A DNA stretch of 64,000 nucleotides from an uncultured Cytophagia bacterium. GTDB lineage: Bacteria > Zhuqueibacterota > Zhuqueibacteria > Thermofontimicrobiales > Thermofontimicrobiaceae. Shown here in pieces: positions 19,349-28,813 of the stretch (positions are counted from its first letter, which is position 1; each line of letters begins with the position of its first letter). The notes under the pieces are model-generated. The model saw nothing but the letters and a program-made list of their open reading frames with translations, searched no databases and was not told the origin of the DNA. The stretch spans positions 132,571-196,570 of the forward strand of contig CAZYNP010000003.1 of assembly GCA_964647995.1 (NCBI GenBank), in the 5' to 3' direction. Made by a program: the position numbers and the translations under genes.

Positions 19349-21391
19349 ATGAAAACACGGTTAATAATTATTCTCTCGCTGTTAGCCTTGTTCAATGCGA
19401 GCGCAATCCTGGCGCAAGCCAATATCGGTGGTCCCTATCAACCAGATTCCGCCACGGTGCTATTGATGCACTTCGATGGCAATTTGAATAATGAATCAAC
19501 TCTCTCGGCTGACGGAATTGGCCACGGCAGCCTCTATTACATCCCCAACAATGTTCCCGGTCTGGGCCAATGTTTGCGCATAGATAACGATTCGCAATCG
19601 GACTCGTCGTTCGTGATGGTACCGGATACTGCGGCTCTGGATATGACCGGCGATTGGACCATCGAGGGCTGGATCAACGTCTTTACCTTTGGGGAAGGAT
19701 CCAGCGACTGGCGTTGGGTTCCCCGCTTGTGCATCAAAACCGGCGATGAGGTTTTTTGGCGCCCCAACTATTTTGTGGAAATGTGGGGCAACAATCGGAT
19801 GTTTAGCTGCGGTTATCACACCGCCGATCAGAGTGCCTGGCCCCAGGTAAATACGCCCAACAACACGATGGAACCCGGGCGCTGGTTTCACCTAACCTTT
19901 ATTCGCGACACCTCCCGGCACATTCTGGTGCAGGTAGTGCATAACGACAAACGGGAACTCATCGTCTTTGCTGTAAAAGATTATAACACGTTTGAAGCTC
20001 CGCCCGATACACCGCCCATTACCACGAACCAGCCGCTTTATATCGGCTTTGCCGGTGGCGGTAACGATTCCTTTCTGGATGGCTTCGTAGACGAAATTCG
20101 CATCAGCAATGTAGTCCGCCAGATACCTATTCCACCCGCGATCACCGATGTCAAAATCATGGACAATCAAATTGCCAGTGTGACCTCCTATCCCATCGGT
20201 GCTGACATCGCCACGCTGTTCGGGACCAAAGTCACCAAAGCCACGTTGCATTACCAGATCAAGAACACATGGTATGAATTGCCCATGACCGAGGTTGCCA
20301 AGGATACCTTCTCCGCGGCGATTCCGGGACAGCCGGTGGGCACAGTGATCAAGTATTACCTGTCGGCTGAAGATGAATTTGGGATGCGCTCGCTCGATCC
20401 CCAAACCGCAGAAAGCGCGACGCCAGAATATTATACCTTTGGCGTTTACCAGCCCAATTCCCTGACCCTGGAGCTCACATTCGAAGAAGGCCAGGGGATC
20501 CCCAAAGATGCATCATCCTACAATCATGAGGTCAAGCTATTCGGCAATCCAACTTTCTCCACCGACACCAAAAACGGCAATTACGCCATTGCGTTAGAAG
20601 GAGATTCCAGCTACCTGGAGATCGACTCGCCATTTCTGCATAGCCGACAGTTCACCGTTGAGCTCTGGTTCTCGGCCGATACGATGATTCAGTATACGCG
20701 ACTCATGAACCGACCCATTGCCGAGGCCAACTGGTACCAGAACACCTATGAAATTCGCTTCCAGCCCAACCAAAAAATTTCCGCTGGGTCGTGGATTCCA
20801 ACCGGCAACCGTTATACCGTGAACGATCTGCAGGTCGACTATACGCTGGAGCTCAAAAAATGGTATCATGTGATTTTTGAGGTGACTGATTCGACCTCTA
20901 TTCTCCAATTGCGGGATGAAAATGACCAATTCCTGGGGCAAAAAGCGACCAAAATTCAAAATCCAGTGGTGCAGGCAACTGCGCCATTGCGCATCGGCTA
21001 TGCGGCTGGCCGACCACATTATAAAGGCCGCCTGGACAATATCAAGATCTATAACTACCCCGCGGCTAATTTGCAATCGGCGGTGGCAGCTCAGGATCGA
21101 AACCTGACTCCACGGCAGGTGGTACTGCATCAGAATTATCCCAACCCATTTAACCCAACCACCGAGATTCGGTTCTCGGTTTCTCAGCAGGTTCGGACCC
21201 AATTGGTAATCTATGATGTGCTGGGTCAAAAAGTTAGAACATTGGTGGATGCTACGTTCCAACCGGGCACCTATTCCTGCCAATGGGATGGCACCGACGA
21301 TGCCGGCCGGGTGGCGGCCAGTGGCGTCTATTTTTACAAATTGACTTCCGGCAACCAGGCACGAGTTCATAAGATGCTGCTGATTCGATAG
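19349..21391 (+). CDS. Secreted protein with two LamG/concanavalin-like domains, an Ig-like spacer and a PNPFN-type C-terminal sorting domain
   Basis: Signal peptide; DSATVLLMHFDGN...WTIEGWI...WFHLTF...GFVDEIRIS; second LamG (FTVELWF...WYHVIF...GRLDNIKIY); LHQNYPNPFNPTTEIRF...ASGVYFYKL...KMLLIR. Start 19349 after GGAGG. Confidence 0.85.
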   Translation: MKTRLIIILSLLALFNASAILAQANIGGPYQPDSATVLLMHFDGNLNNESTLSADGIGHGSLYYIPNNVPGLGQCLRIDNDSQSDSSFVMVPDTAALDMTGDWTIEGWINVFTFGEGSSDWRWVPRLCIKTGDEVFWRPNYFVEMWGNNRMFSCGYHTADQSAWPQVNTPNNTMEPGRWFHLTFIRDTSRHILVQVVHNDKRELIVFAVKDYNTFEAPPDTPPITTNQPLYIGFAGGGNDSFLDGFVDEIRISNVVRQIPIPPAITDVKIMDNQIASVTSYPIGADIATLFGTKVTKATLHYQIKNTWYELPMTEVAKDTFSAAIPGQPVGTVIKYYLSAEDEFGMRSLDPQTAESATPEYYTFGVYQPNSLTLELTFEEGQGIPKDASSYNHEVKLFGNPTFSTDTKNGNYAIALEGDSSYLEIDSPFLHSRQFTVELWFSADTMIQYTRLMNRPIAEANWYQNTYEIRFQPNQKISAGSWIPTGNRYTVNDLQVDYTLELKKWYHVIFEVTDSTSILQLRDENDQFLGQKATKIQNPVVQATAPLRIGYAAGRPHYKGRLDNIKIYNYPAANLQSAVAAQDRNLTPRQVVLHQNYPNPFNPTTEIRFSVSQQVRTQLVIYDVLGQKVRTLVDATFQPGTYSCQWDGTDDAGRVAASGVYFYKLTSGNQARVHKMLLIR

Positions 21392-21395
21392 GCTA

Positions 21396-21443
21396 ATGGC
21401 AGCGGCTTCGGCCATACCGTCGCCGAAGCCGCTCCGTCGCCAT
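21396..21443 (+). other. Strong intergenic stem-loop without a U-tract
   Basis: AGCGGCTTCGGC-9 nt-GCCGAAGCCGCT 12-bp perfect stem with outer ATGGC/GCCAT pairing. Confidence 0.6.
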
Positions 21444-21603
21444 GGGTTGGACATCTTAAGTCCCCATCGGCCTGCTGCCACTAGCCAGTCGCAGTGAACA
21501 ATCACGGATAAGCTGGCGTTGGCGGACGCAGGCTGGGCTCAGGCAATGAAATTTGGTTGAGTCAATACTCAAAACAGCAAGACGAAATCGAAAAGGTGAT
21601 TCC

Positions 21604-22212
21604 ATGAGTGTGGCCAAAGGTCTGTTCTTTCCATTGGGTGTCACAATTGCACTTGCGATCGGCATCCTGGTGCTGGGCTGTGATACGGGCATCGAAGTTT
21701 CTCCGGCGCCAGGAGTAATTCGGGTGACGCTGCAGTCCGATCCCGCCGATACTTCGATCATCATCATCAAAGACACCATTGCGGTTTCCGAACGGGACTG
21801 GTTCGGTGTAACCATCACGCAAGGGAAAATTTATCATGGCGACAATTTTGCCATTTTATTCAAAGATACCAAGAGCTATCGGGTGGAGGACGTTATCTAC
21901 AACATCCTGGAGCGGGAGGCGGGACAATACAAGAAGTTCACTATTTATGAATCGTATGCACCCCCCAATAGTTATGACAAACTGCAATTCGGCGTTACTG
22001 CCAGTTTGCTCCGCATGGGTTTTTTTAATATTCCGGTACAGCTCCGGCCTGGCGATGCGTTGCTGGTCGACCTGATTGCCAATTTTGACATCAAAGAAAA
22101 TCAAACTACCGAAATCAACGTTCAGATCAGCCCGTTCAAATCGGTCGTTCGCTATAAGGACACCTATTATTTCACGCGCCAGATGCAGATCATCGATGTG
22201 CGATATTATTGA
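21604..22212 (+). CDS. Uncharacterised lipoprotein (beta-sandwich, DUF4382-like)
   Basis: Lipobox LVLGC; beta-rich; YAPPNSYDKLQF...TTEINVQI. Start 21604 after AAAGGTG. Confidence 0.6.
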   Translation: MSVAKGLFFPLGVTIALAIGILVLGCDTGIEVSPAPGVIRVTLQSDPADTSIIIIKDTIAVSERDWFGVTITQGKIYHGDNFAILFKDTKSYRVEDVIYNILEREAGQYKKFTIYESYAPPNSYDKLQFGVTASLLRMGFFNIPVQLRPGDALLVDLIANFDIKENQTTEINVQISPFKSVVRYKDTYYFTRQMQIIDVRYY

Positions 22213-22241
22213 TCCCGATTATTAACTGAGAGAGAAGCAGT

Positions 22242-23693
22242 ATGAGCAATTCTTTCATCATCAAATTGGCACTAATTGCCAGCGGGCTGGTGTTATTGCT
22301 GGTGGCCTGTGAACGGGCGACATCGCCGGAAAATCCCAACCTTGTCCCCAACACCACCCTGGCCAACATTCCCGTCGAAAATGACACGCTATTTGCCCTG
22401 GTCACCTTGCACTGGGATGGTGAGGATAACGACGGCTATATTGCTGGCTATGAGTATCGCTATATTACTTCGCACCTGGTGCGCGGAGATTCTGTGGTGC
22501 AGCCGTGGCAGGAGACCAAGGAAACCAGCCTGACCATCGCATTTGAATCCAGCGACGCCTTCAATTATCAAAAATTTCAGGTGCGAGCGATCGATAATGA
22601 CGGCGATGTCGATCCAACACCGGCAGAAAAACGCTTTTATACCAAGCAAACCATTCTGCCCAAAACTGAAATCTTATTTCCCTCGAACAATCAAATTTTC
22701 TTTGCCATCGACCAGACCACCGACTGGTGGCCAGGTATCAAGTTGATCTTCACCGCGCGCGATGACGATGGCGAGGTGGTAGAATATGCCTGGGCTGTGG
22801 ATCAGAATGATTGGCATTGGATGAACGACACCATCGTCTACATTACGCCCGACAATTTTTTGCCTCTGGAGGGAAAACATAAAATTCGCGTTGCCTCACG
22901 GGACAACACCAATCTGGTAGACCCCATCGGCGATTCGGTGTTCGTGCAATTAATCAAGCCGAGCTTCAGTAAGCGCATTCTGGTGATCGATGAAACGGTC
23001 GAGTCGAAATTTCCGCTGGGCGTCGTGGCCAATGATGATTCTGTTGATAAATTCTATCAAGAGCTATTCCAACCGGATGACCAATGGGACTATACCAAAA
23101 AGGGCATGCCCGACAAAAAAACACTGGGTCAATACCAACTGCTGATCTGGCATGCCGACAATGCTTTCACCAGCGATCGTGATCCCCACAAGCTGCCCGA
23201 GCATATCGAGGACGTGATGGATTATCTGAATGTCGGGGGCGATTTTATCATGAGCGGCTGGCGTATTTTGAAATCGTTTGCCCCGCGGGAATCCTTCCCC
23301 AAGACCTTTCAGCCCGGCAGCTTTATCTATGACTATTTGCACATTATCACGGCTGATGAAACTCCGCTGGTGCCCAGTGATTTCACCGGCGCCATTAGTT
23401 TTAGCGGCTTCAGTCCCATTCGCGTCGATTCCTTCAAGCTGGCGGAAGCGTTTCCCTATGTGGGGAAACTCTCTCAGATCAATATCATTCCCGCACGTGG
23501 CGGATTCACCAGCAACATCTATATTTACGACAATGCCGCCGATGGCCTCACTGCGCCACGCGGCATGGCGTGCGGGCTGCGATATTATGGGACCAGCTTC
23601 GATGCGGTGGTATTCGGCTTCCCGATCTACTTCATCCGGAAGAGTGATGCCAAAACACTGGCTCAGGAGATTCTCCGCAGCCTGGGTTACTGA
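22242..23693 (+). CDS. Uncharacterised lipoprotein with two Fn3/Ig-like repeats and an alpha/beta C-terminal domain
   Basis: Lipobox LLVAC; repeats LHWDGEDNDGYIAGYEY...FQVRAIDNDG and FTARDDDGEVVEYAW...IRVASRDN; RILVIDE...YQLLIWHADN...YLNVGGDFIMSGW. Confidence 0.65.
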   Translation: MSNSFIIKLALIASGLVLLLVACERATSPENPNLVPNTTLANIPVENDTLFALVTLHWDGEDNDGYIAGYEYRYITSHLVRGDSVVQPWQETKETSLTIAFESSDAFNYQKFQVRAIDNDGDVDPTPAEKRFYTKQTILPKTEILFPSNNQIFFAIDQTTDWWPGIKLIFTARDDDGEVVEYAWAVDQNDWHWMNDTIVYITPDNFLPLEGKHKIRVASRDNTNLVDPIGDSVFVQLIKPSFSKRILVIDETVESKFPLGVVANDDSVDKFYQELFQPDDQWDYTKKGMPDKKTLGQYQLLIWHADNAFTSDRDPHKLPEHIEDVMDYLNVGGDFIMSGWRILKSFAPRESFPKTFQPGSFIYDYLHIITADETPLVPSDFTGAISFSGFSPIRVDSFKLAEAFPYVGKLSQINIIPARGGFTSNIYIYDNAADGLTAPRGMACGLRYYGTSFDAVVFGFPIYFIRKSDAKTLAQEILRSLGY

Positions 23694-23925
23694 TTGCGGC
23701 CTTTTTCTCCGAACCAGCCTGGTATCCTGATGGCTTCGTAGCTGAACGCTCAGGAGACGGGAGGCCTGTCAATACCAAAATCATTTCTTCGCCGTTCAAT
23801 GGCCAACATAATATTGAGTGGGCGATGAACAGGATCGAAATCATGTCTGACCAATTGAAACTGGCAGCAGCAATCGTTTAAAGCAGTTGGCAACTTAATA
23901 TTTCTTCATGAGTGAAGGAGAAATA

Positions 23926-26751
23926 ATGGTGGTCTCAACGAAAACAATTTTCATCGGCATAACGATTATCATCCTCATCTGGCCATTTGGGGCATGGGCT
24001 GGCAATACCGGCAAAATTGCCGGCACGGTCACCGACAAGCAGTCTGGTGAGCCCCTGGCGGGCGCCAATGTGATGATCAAGGGCACCACACTGGGCGCTG
24101 CCGCCGATAACCATGGCAATTATTACATTCTACAGGTGCCGCCAGGGACCTATGAAGTTACTGCCAGCATGATGGGTTATCACCGCATCACAACCACGAA
24201 TGTAAAGGTCAATGTGGATTTGACGACGCGGCTCAATTTCAAGCTGGAATCCACGGCCATCGAGTTTCCAACGCTGACGGTGGTTGCCGAAGAGCCGCTG
24301 GTGCAGTTGGATATTACTTCGACTCGCAAAAAAACCGCTCGTGAAGAGATCGAGTCGGTGCCGGGTCTGGAACAGACCAAAGATATTTTCACCCTCTACG
24401 GTGGCGCCGTGCTCGACGCCAGTCCACAAAGCCTATTGTTGGGCGATGGCACGCAGCTTCAGGTGCGGGATGAAAGTCTGCGCGATGTTCATATTCGCGG
24501 CGGTCGCGGCGGCGAAATCCTATTTATGGTCGATGGGATGCCGGTCACTCATCCCATTTACGGGGGGCGGGATGTGCTGGACCTGAATGTTGTGGATGTG
24601 GAATCGGTGGAACTATTGACCGGAGCGTTCAATGCCGAGTATGGACAGGCGCAGTCCGGTGTGGTCAATATCACCACCCGAACTGGCAGCGACCGCTTTA
24701 CTGGTGGCATCGAGTATAAGAATGACCAACTTGGTGTCGTTGGCGAATCCTATGACACCCATTACGCTTCATTCTATCTGGGAGGACCCGAGCTCATCAG
24801 CCGCCGGCTATTGCCCAAATTGGGTTTGCAGCTACCCGGCAAACTGAATTTTTTTATTTCCAGCAACGCCACGATGACCAATACGACTTACAACAATCAC
24901 CGCCATCGCGAAGATATCTCAGTGCTGGGCATTACGCTGAAGGAAAAACAGGACAACACGGGCAATTTCAATGCTAAAATCGGCTGGGATCTGACCGATC
25001 AATTCAACATGGTGTTCAGTTATCACGGCTCCTGGAAGCGCTGGAGCAATTTTAACTGGCTCTGGCTCTATTATCCCGACCACACTTCATTGTTCAAGCG
25101 CAACAACCAGAATCTGAACTGGAAAATTACCCACACCTTATCCAAAGCGACGTTCTATAACCTGAATCTCGGCTATCTGGCAGTGGATTACAACGGCTCG
25201 CTGGATGGGAGACGGCCGCCCGACTTCTGGACCTTCTATAAAGACAGCATCGCCTATGATTATTATAGCTATATTCGAAATTTTTCCGACGCACCTGATG
25301 ATGATAAAGGCATCACCGCGCCGCAAATCGATCCGCTGACCCTGTTCTACAATCAATACGGCTATGAAAACATCTGGCGCGACGATTTGACCCGGACTTT
25401 GACCTTCAAAGGCGATGTCACCTCCCAAATTCATCCCGAGCATCTCATCAAAACCGGAATCGAACTTCGCTTCAATGATCTGCAATATATTGACATTCAG
25501 GACGGTGGCGCGATGCTTTCCAATTATGGCAAATATCGGTTCGAAAATGACAACTATGCGCCACCACCGCCGGGACCATTTAAAGAATTCGGCCAAAATC
25601 GCTGGGTCTTTCATGCCAAACCCATCATCGGCGGTTTTTACCTCCAGGATAAATTCGAAAAGGAGAGCTTGATCATCAACGCAGGTCTGCGACTCGACTA
25701 TTTTTATATGGGAAAAATGGTGAACCAGGCGGATTGGAAGAACGCCTGGATCGATGCCACGGGGTTGACGCCCGATTGGAGTTCGTTCAAATATAAGTTC
25801 AGCCCGCGCTTTGGCATTTCTTTTCCCATTTCCATCACCACCGTGGTGTTCTTTTCCTATGGCCATTTCAACCAGTTACCGGAACTCCAATACTACTATC
25901 GTGATCCCTGGACCGGTGCGTTTGCCGGCAATCCATTTCTGGATTATGAGCAAACCATCCTTTATGAGTTTGGCTTTACGCATCAACTGTTCAAGGATTG
26001 GGCGGTTGACATCAAAAGCTACACCAAAGATATCTCGCAACAGGTGCAAACCACCTATCTTCGGGCCTCCCGAGGAACTCCAGTATACTTGTACGATAAC
26101 AAAGGCTATGCCCGCGCCCGGGGACTGGAGTTTGAATTGCGCAAGCGTTACTCCTATTTTACTTCCGGAAAACTGACCTACACCGTGCAATGGGCCAATG
26201 GGTATTCGTCTTCCGCTTTCGATGACTATATCCGCTCGACCAATGATTTTCCCAATCCTATTCGTGAGCGCCGACTAAATTGGGATATTCGGCATCAAAT
26301 TATTTTTCAGGCGTCATTGGATATGCCACCCAATCGTCATCCCAACGTATTGGGTTTGAAGCTGCCCGACGATTGGAACATTACGGTGCTATCTCGCTAC
26401 TCCTCCGGCAAGGCCTATACGCCGGGCACACTCGACCCAGCCGAAGCGCAGAAGAAGGAAAATTCCAAAAACGGTCCCAGCACCATGTCCACCGACCTGA
26501 AGATCAATAAATCATTTCCTGTGGCCGGCCTGTCGTTGTCATTATTTGCCGATATTTTCAACCTATTCGACCAGAAAAATGTCCAGATCGAATACGCTTT
26601 TAATCCCTGGTCCGGCAAGCCATACAAGTATGGGGATCTGGTGTCGCCGACCAAACAATATTATACCTGGTACTCCATGTTCAATTTGATGGACCCACGG
26701 CAATTTAGCCCGGGACGCACCGTAAAAATCGGCTTGCGATTGGATTGGTAA
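23926..26751 (+). CDS. TonB-dependent receptor with N-terminal carboxypeptidase-regulatory-like domain
   Basis: GKIAGTVTDKQSGEPLAGANVMI; plug HIRGGRGGEILFMVDGMPV...LLTGAFNAEYGQAQSGVVNITT; barrel motifs NAGLRLDYF, FSPRFGISFP; ends GLRLDW. Start 23926 after AAGGAG. Confidence 0.93.
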   Translation: MVVSTKTIFIGITIIILIWPFGAWAGNTGKIAGTVTDKQSGEPLAGANVMIKGTTLGAAADNHGNYYILQVPPGTYEVTASMMGYHRITTTNVKVNVDLTTRLNFKLESTAIEFPTLTVVAEEPLVQLDITSTRKKTAREEIESVPGLEQTKDIFTLYGGAVLDASPQSLLLGDGTQLQVRDESLRDVHIRGGRGGEILFMVDGMPVTHPIYGGRDVLDLNVVDVESVELLTGAFNAEYGQAQSGVVNITTRTGSDRFTGGIEYKNDQLGVVGESYDTHYASFYLGGPELISRRLLPKLGLQLPGKLNFFISSNATMTNTTYNNHRHREDISVLGITLKEKQDNTGNFNAKIGWDLTDQFNMVFSYHGSWKRWSNFNWLWLYYPDHTSLFKRNNQNLNWKITHTLSKATFYNLNLGYLAVDYNGSLDGRRPPDFWTFYKDSIAYDYYSYIRNFSDAPDDDKGITAPQIDPLTLFYNQYGYENIWRDDLTRTLTFKGDVTSQIHPEHLIKTGIELRFNDLQYIDIQDGGAMLSNYGKYRFENDNYAPPPPGPFKEFGQNRWVFHAKPIIGGFYLQDKFEKESLIINAGLRLDYFYMGKMVNQADWKNAWIDATGLTPDWSSFKYKFSPRFGISFPISITTVVFFSYGHFNQLPELQYYYRDPWTGAFAGNPFLDYEQTILYEFGFTHQLFKDWAVDIKSYTKDISQQVQTTYLRASRGTPVYLYDNKGYARARGLEFELRKRYSYFTSGKLTYTVQWANGYSSSAFDDYIRSTNDFPNPIRERRLNWDIRHQIIFQASLDMPPNRHPNVLGLKLPDDWNITVLSRYSSGKAYTPGTLDPAEAQKKENSKNGPSTMSTDLKINKSFPVAGLSLSLFADIFNLFDQKNVQIEYAFNPWSGKPYKYGDLVSPTKQYYTWYSMFNLMDPRQFSPGRTVKIGLRLDW

Positions 26752-26819
26752 ACCAATAGCGAACGCCAAAATTACCGTTCACTGGTCGAACAACTTTGGA
26801 AGCAAACACTGTTTCGCAC

Positions 26820-28610
26820 ATGATCAAAAAAAGCACATTGGTTTTCCTTTATAGCGTCGCCCTGTTCACCCCCCTCCTGGCCCAGCAAACCACGCTGGAT
26901 TGGAAATTGCACACGGTCGGTCGGGTGCGGCAGGTGGTCACCAATACCGGTGGCTTGAACGCCAAGCAGGACAATCTCTTCGACTTTCCGCGGCTGATCA
27001 ACTGCGAGTATCCGCCCAACACCTTTGAGGAACACATCACTGAGGCTGGCCTGTGGATCGGCGCAATTGTGGGCCAGGATAGTCTGGTGTCGGTGGCACA
27101 GGGCGAAGCTTCGTCGCGCGAATTTTACCCCAGCGACGCCCCATGGGACACCATCTGGGTGGTGAATCGAGGCGACACGGTCGATATTCCCTATTGGCCG
27201 CGATACGTCGGCATTTCCGATCAGGATTTTGTCTGCCGCTATTCCGATTACAATCCCGTCAGCTTGCGCGTGCCCAACCACCAGCCGCTCTACCTTGATG
27301 TGATCCAAACCAGCTATGCCTGGAGTTCCAATCCGCTGGACGAATTTATTGTCATCAGGTATTACATCATGCCTACGAAAATCGATCTGCAAGATGTTTA
27401 CCTTACCAGTTGGATCAACGGCAATGTGGGCTATGCGGGCAATGAAGAGTATGGGCTGGATGACGAAACCTATTCCCGCATGGATCGCTTGATGCAAATC
27501 TGTGTGGATCTGCCCGGCGGCGGCGATGGTGACGCCATCGGTGCTATCGCCACGAAAGTTTATCCGCCCAGCAATGCTCCCCCGCCGCCCAAAGCGACGT
27601 TCATCTGGTACAACGGTCGGCTGCAAGGTCTCCCCTACCGTGATGGCGAGCGCTTCGAGCAGATGAGCCGCGGGATGGTGATGCAGGACCAGTCCAGCAC
27701 CGGTGACGGCACCAAGTCCATGATCTCCATTGGTCCCTATTCCGTTCGGGTGGGCGACACCCTGAAATTTTCGGTGGGCATAATTCTGGGCCAGGGCATC
27801 CGCGGCGTTCTCGCCAATGCAGATTATCTGGATTGGCTGATCGATCAGAATTTCGCGATCCCATCGCCGCCACCCGCGCCACCGCTGCGCGTCGAATCTC
27901 GACATCAGCAAGTCGTTCTGAACTGGAGGCCTCGACCTGGCGACGTCAATCCCGAGATTTATCGCGATCCCAATCGTGCTGATGGCGAACTGCAGCCATT
28001 CGAGGGCTATCGTGTCTATAAAAGCACCCGCAGCGCCACCGGCCCCTGGACCTTACTGGCCGAATTCGATGTGCCGGATAATGCGTTTTATCAAAATACC
28101 GGGCTGGAATACGAGTACACCGATATTGGCCTGTTGAATAATCTGGAATATTATTACACCGTCACCGCCTTTTCCAAGCCCGATGCGGTAATTCATTTTC
28201 CCTCACTGGAATCCAGTTTGAATGCCAATTCCCGACGGGTTGTGCCCGGCCCGGAACCACCGCAAACCGTGGGTCAGGTAGCGGTGGTGCCCAATCCTTA
28301 CCGCGGCGATATTGCCTATCACGCCTATAATCCCCCCTGGGAGAAACCGGACATTTCCCGCGACTTTTGGATGGAACAGGATCGCCGGATTCAGTTCATC
28401 AATTTGCCCGCCCGCTGTGAAATCAAAATCTACACCCTGGCGGGTGATCTGGTGAGCCGGCTAACTCATGCCAATCCGACCCAGGGTTATGAAGATTGGA
28501 ACCTGACTTCCAGCGTGGGGCAGGCCATTTCCAGCGGGATCTATCTTTTTACCGTCGAAGATCTGAGCAATGGGAAAGTGCAGGTGGGCAAATTTATTAT
28601 CATCAAATAG
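26820..28610 (+). CDS. Secreted protein: beta-rich N-domain, Fn3 and 'VPNPY'-type C-terminal domain (paralog 1)
   Basis: Signal peptide; WKLHTVGRVRQVVTN; FEGYRVYKS...YEYTDIGLLNNLEYYYTVTAF; VVPNPY...IQFINLPARCEIKIYTLAGDLV...SGIYLFTVE...GKFIIIK. Confidence 0.75.
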   Translation: MIKKSTLVFLYSVALFTPLLAQQTTLDWKLHTVGRVRQVVTNTGGLNAKQDNLFDFPRLINCEYPPNTFEEHITEAGLWIGAIVGQDSLVSVAQGEASSREFYPSDAPWDTIWVVNRGDTVDIPYWPRYVGISDQDFVCRYSDYNPVSLRVPNHQPLYLDVIQTSYAWSSNPLDEFIVIRYYIMPTKIDLQDVYLTSWINGNVGYAGNEEYGLDDETYSRMDRLMQICVDLPGGGDGDAIGAIATKVYPPSNAPPPPKATFIWYNGRLQGLPYRDGERFEQMSRGMVMQDQSSTGDGTKSMISIGPYSVRVGDTLKFSVGIILGQGIRGVLANADYLDWLIDQNFAIPSPPPAPPLRVESRHQQVVLNWRPRPGDVNPEIYRDPNRADGELQPFEGYRVYKSTRSATGPWTLLAEFDVPDNAFYQNTGLEYEYTDIGLLNNLEYYYTVTAFSKPDAVIHFPSLESSLNANSRRVVPGPEPPQTVGQVAVVPNPYRGDIAYHAYNPPWEKPDISRDFWMEQDRRIQFINLPARCEIKIYTLAGDLVSRLTHANPTQGYEDWNLTSSVGQAISSGIYLFTVEDLSNGKVQVGKFIIIK

Positions 28611-28631
28611 AAGTTAGCAACAGCTCCAACG

Positions 28632-28648
28632 CCGGATCAGCGATCCGG
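28632..28648 (+). other. Small intergenic hairpin between the paralogs
   Basis: CCGGATC-agc-GATCCGG. Confidence 0.4.
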
Positions 28649-28813
28649 AGGGCCATGGCAGTTGCGCCGCGAAGGCAGGCGGCTCGCCTTGATAATTGAG
28701 CGCACTCCAACAACCGCTGATACTGCCATCCGTTGCAAGCCAAAAGTCAGTCAAAGGCGTTGTCGAGCCGAATCATAATTTATTGGGCCATAATTTAATC
28801 CATTGAGGGCAAC

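Noticed and set aside
26772-27911. Long minus-strand ORFs in the surface locus (also 20594-21505, 37064-37978)
   Set aside because: Antisense to well-supported genes; no recognisable domains.
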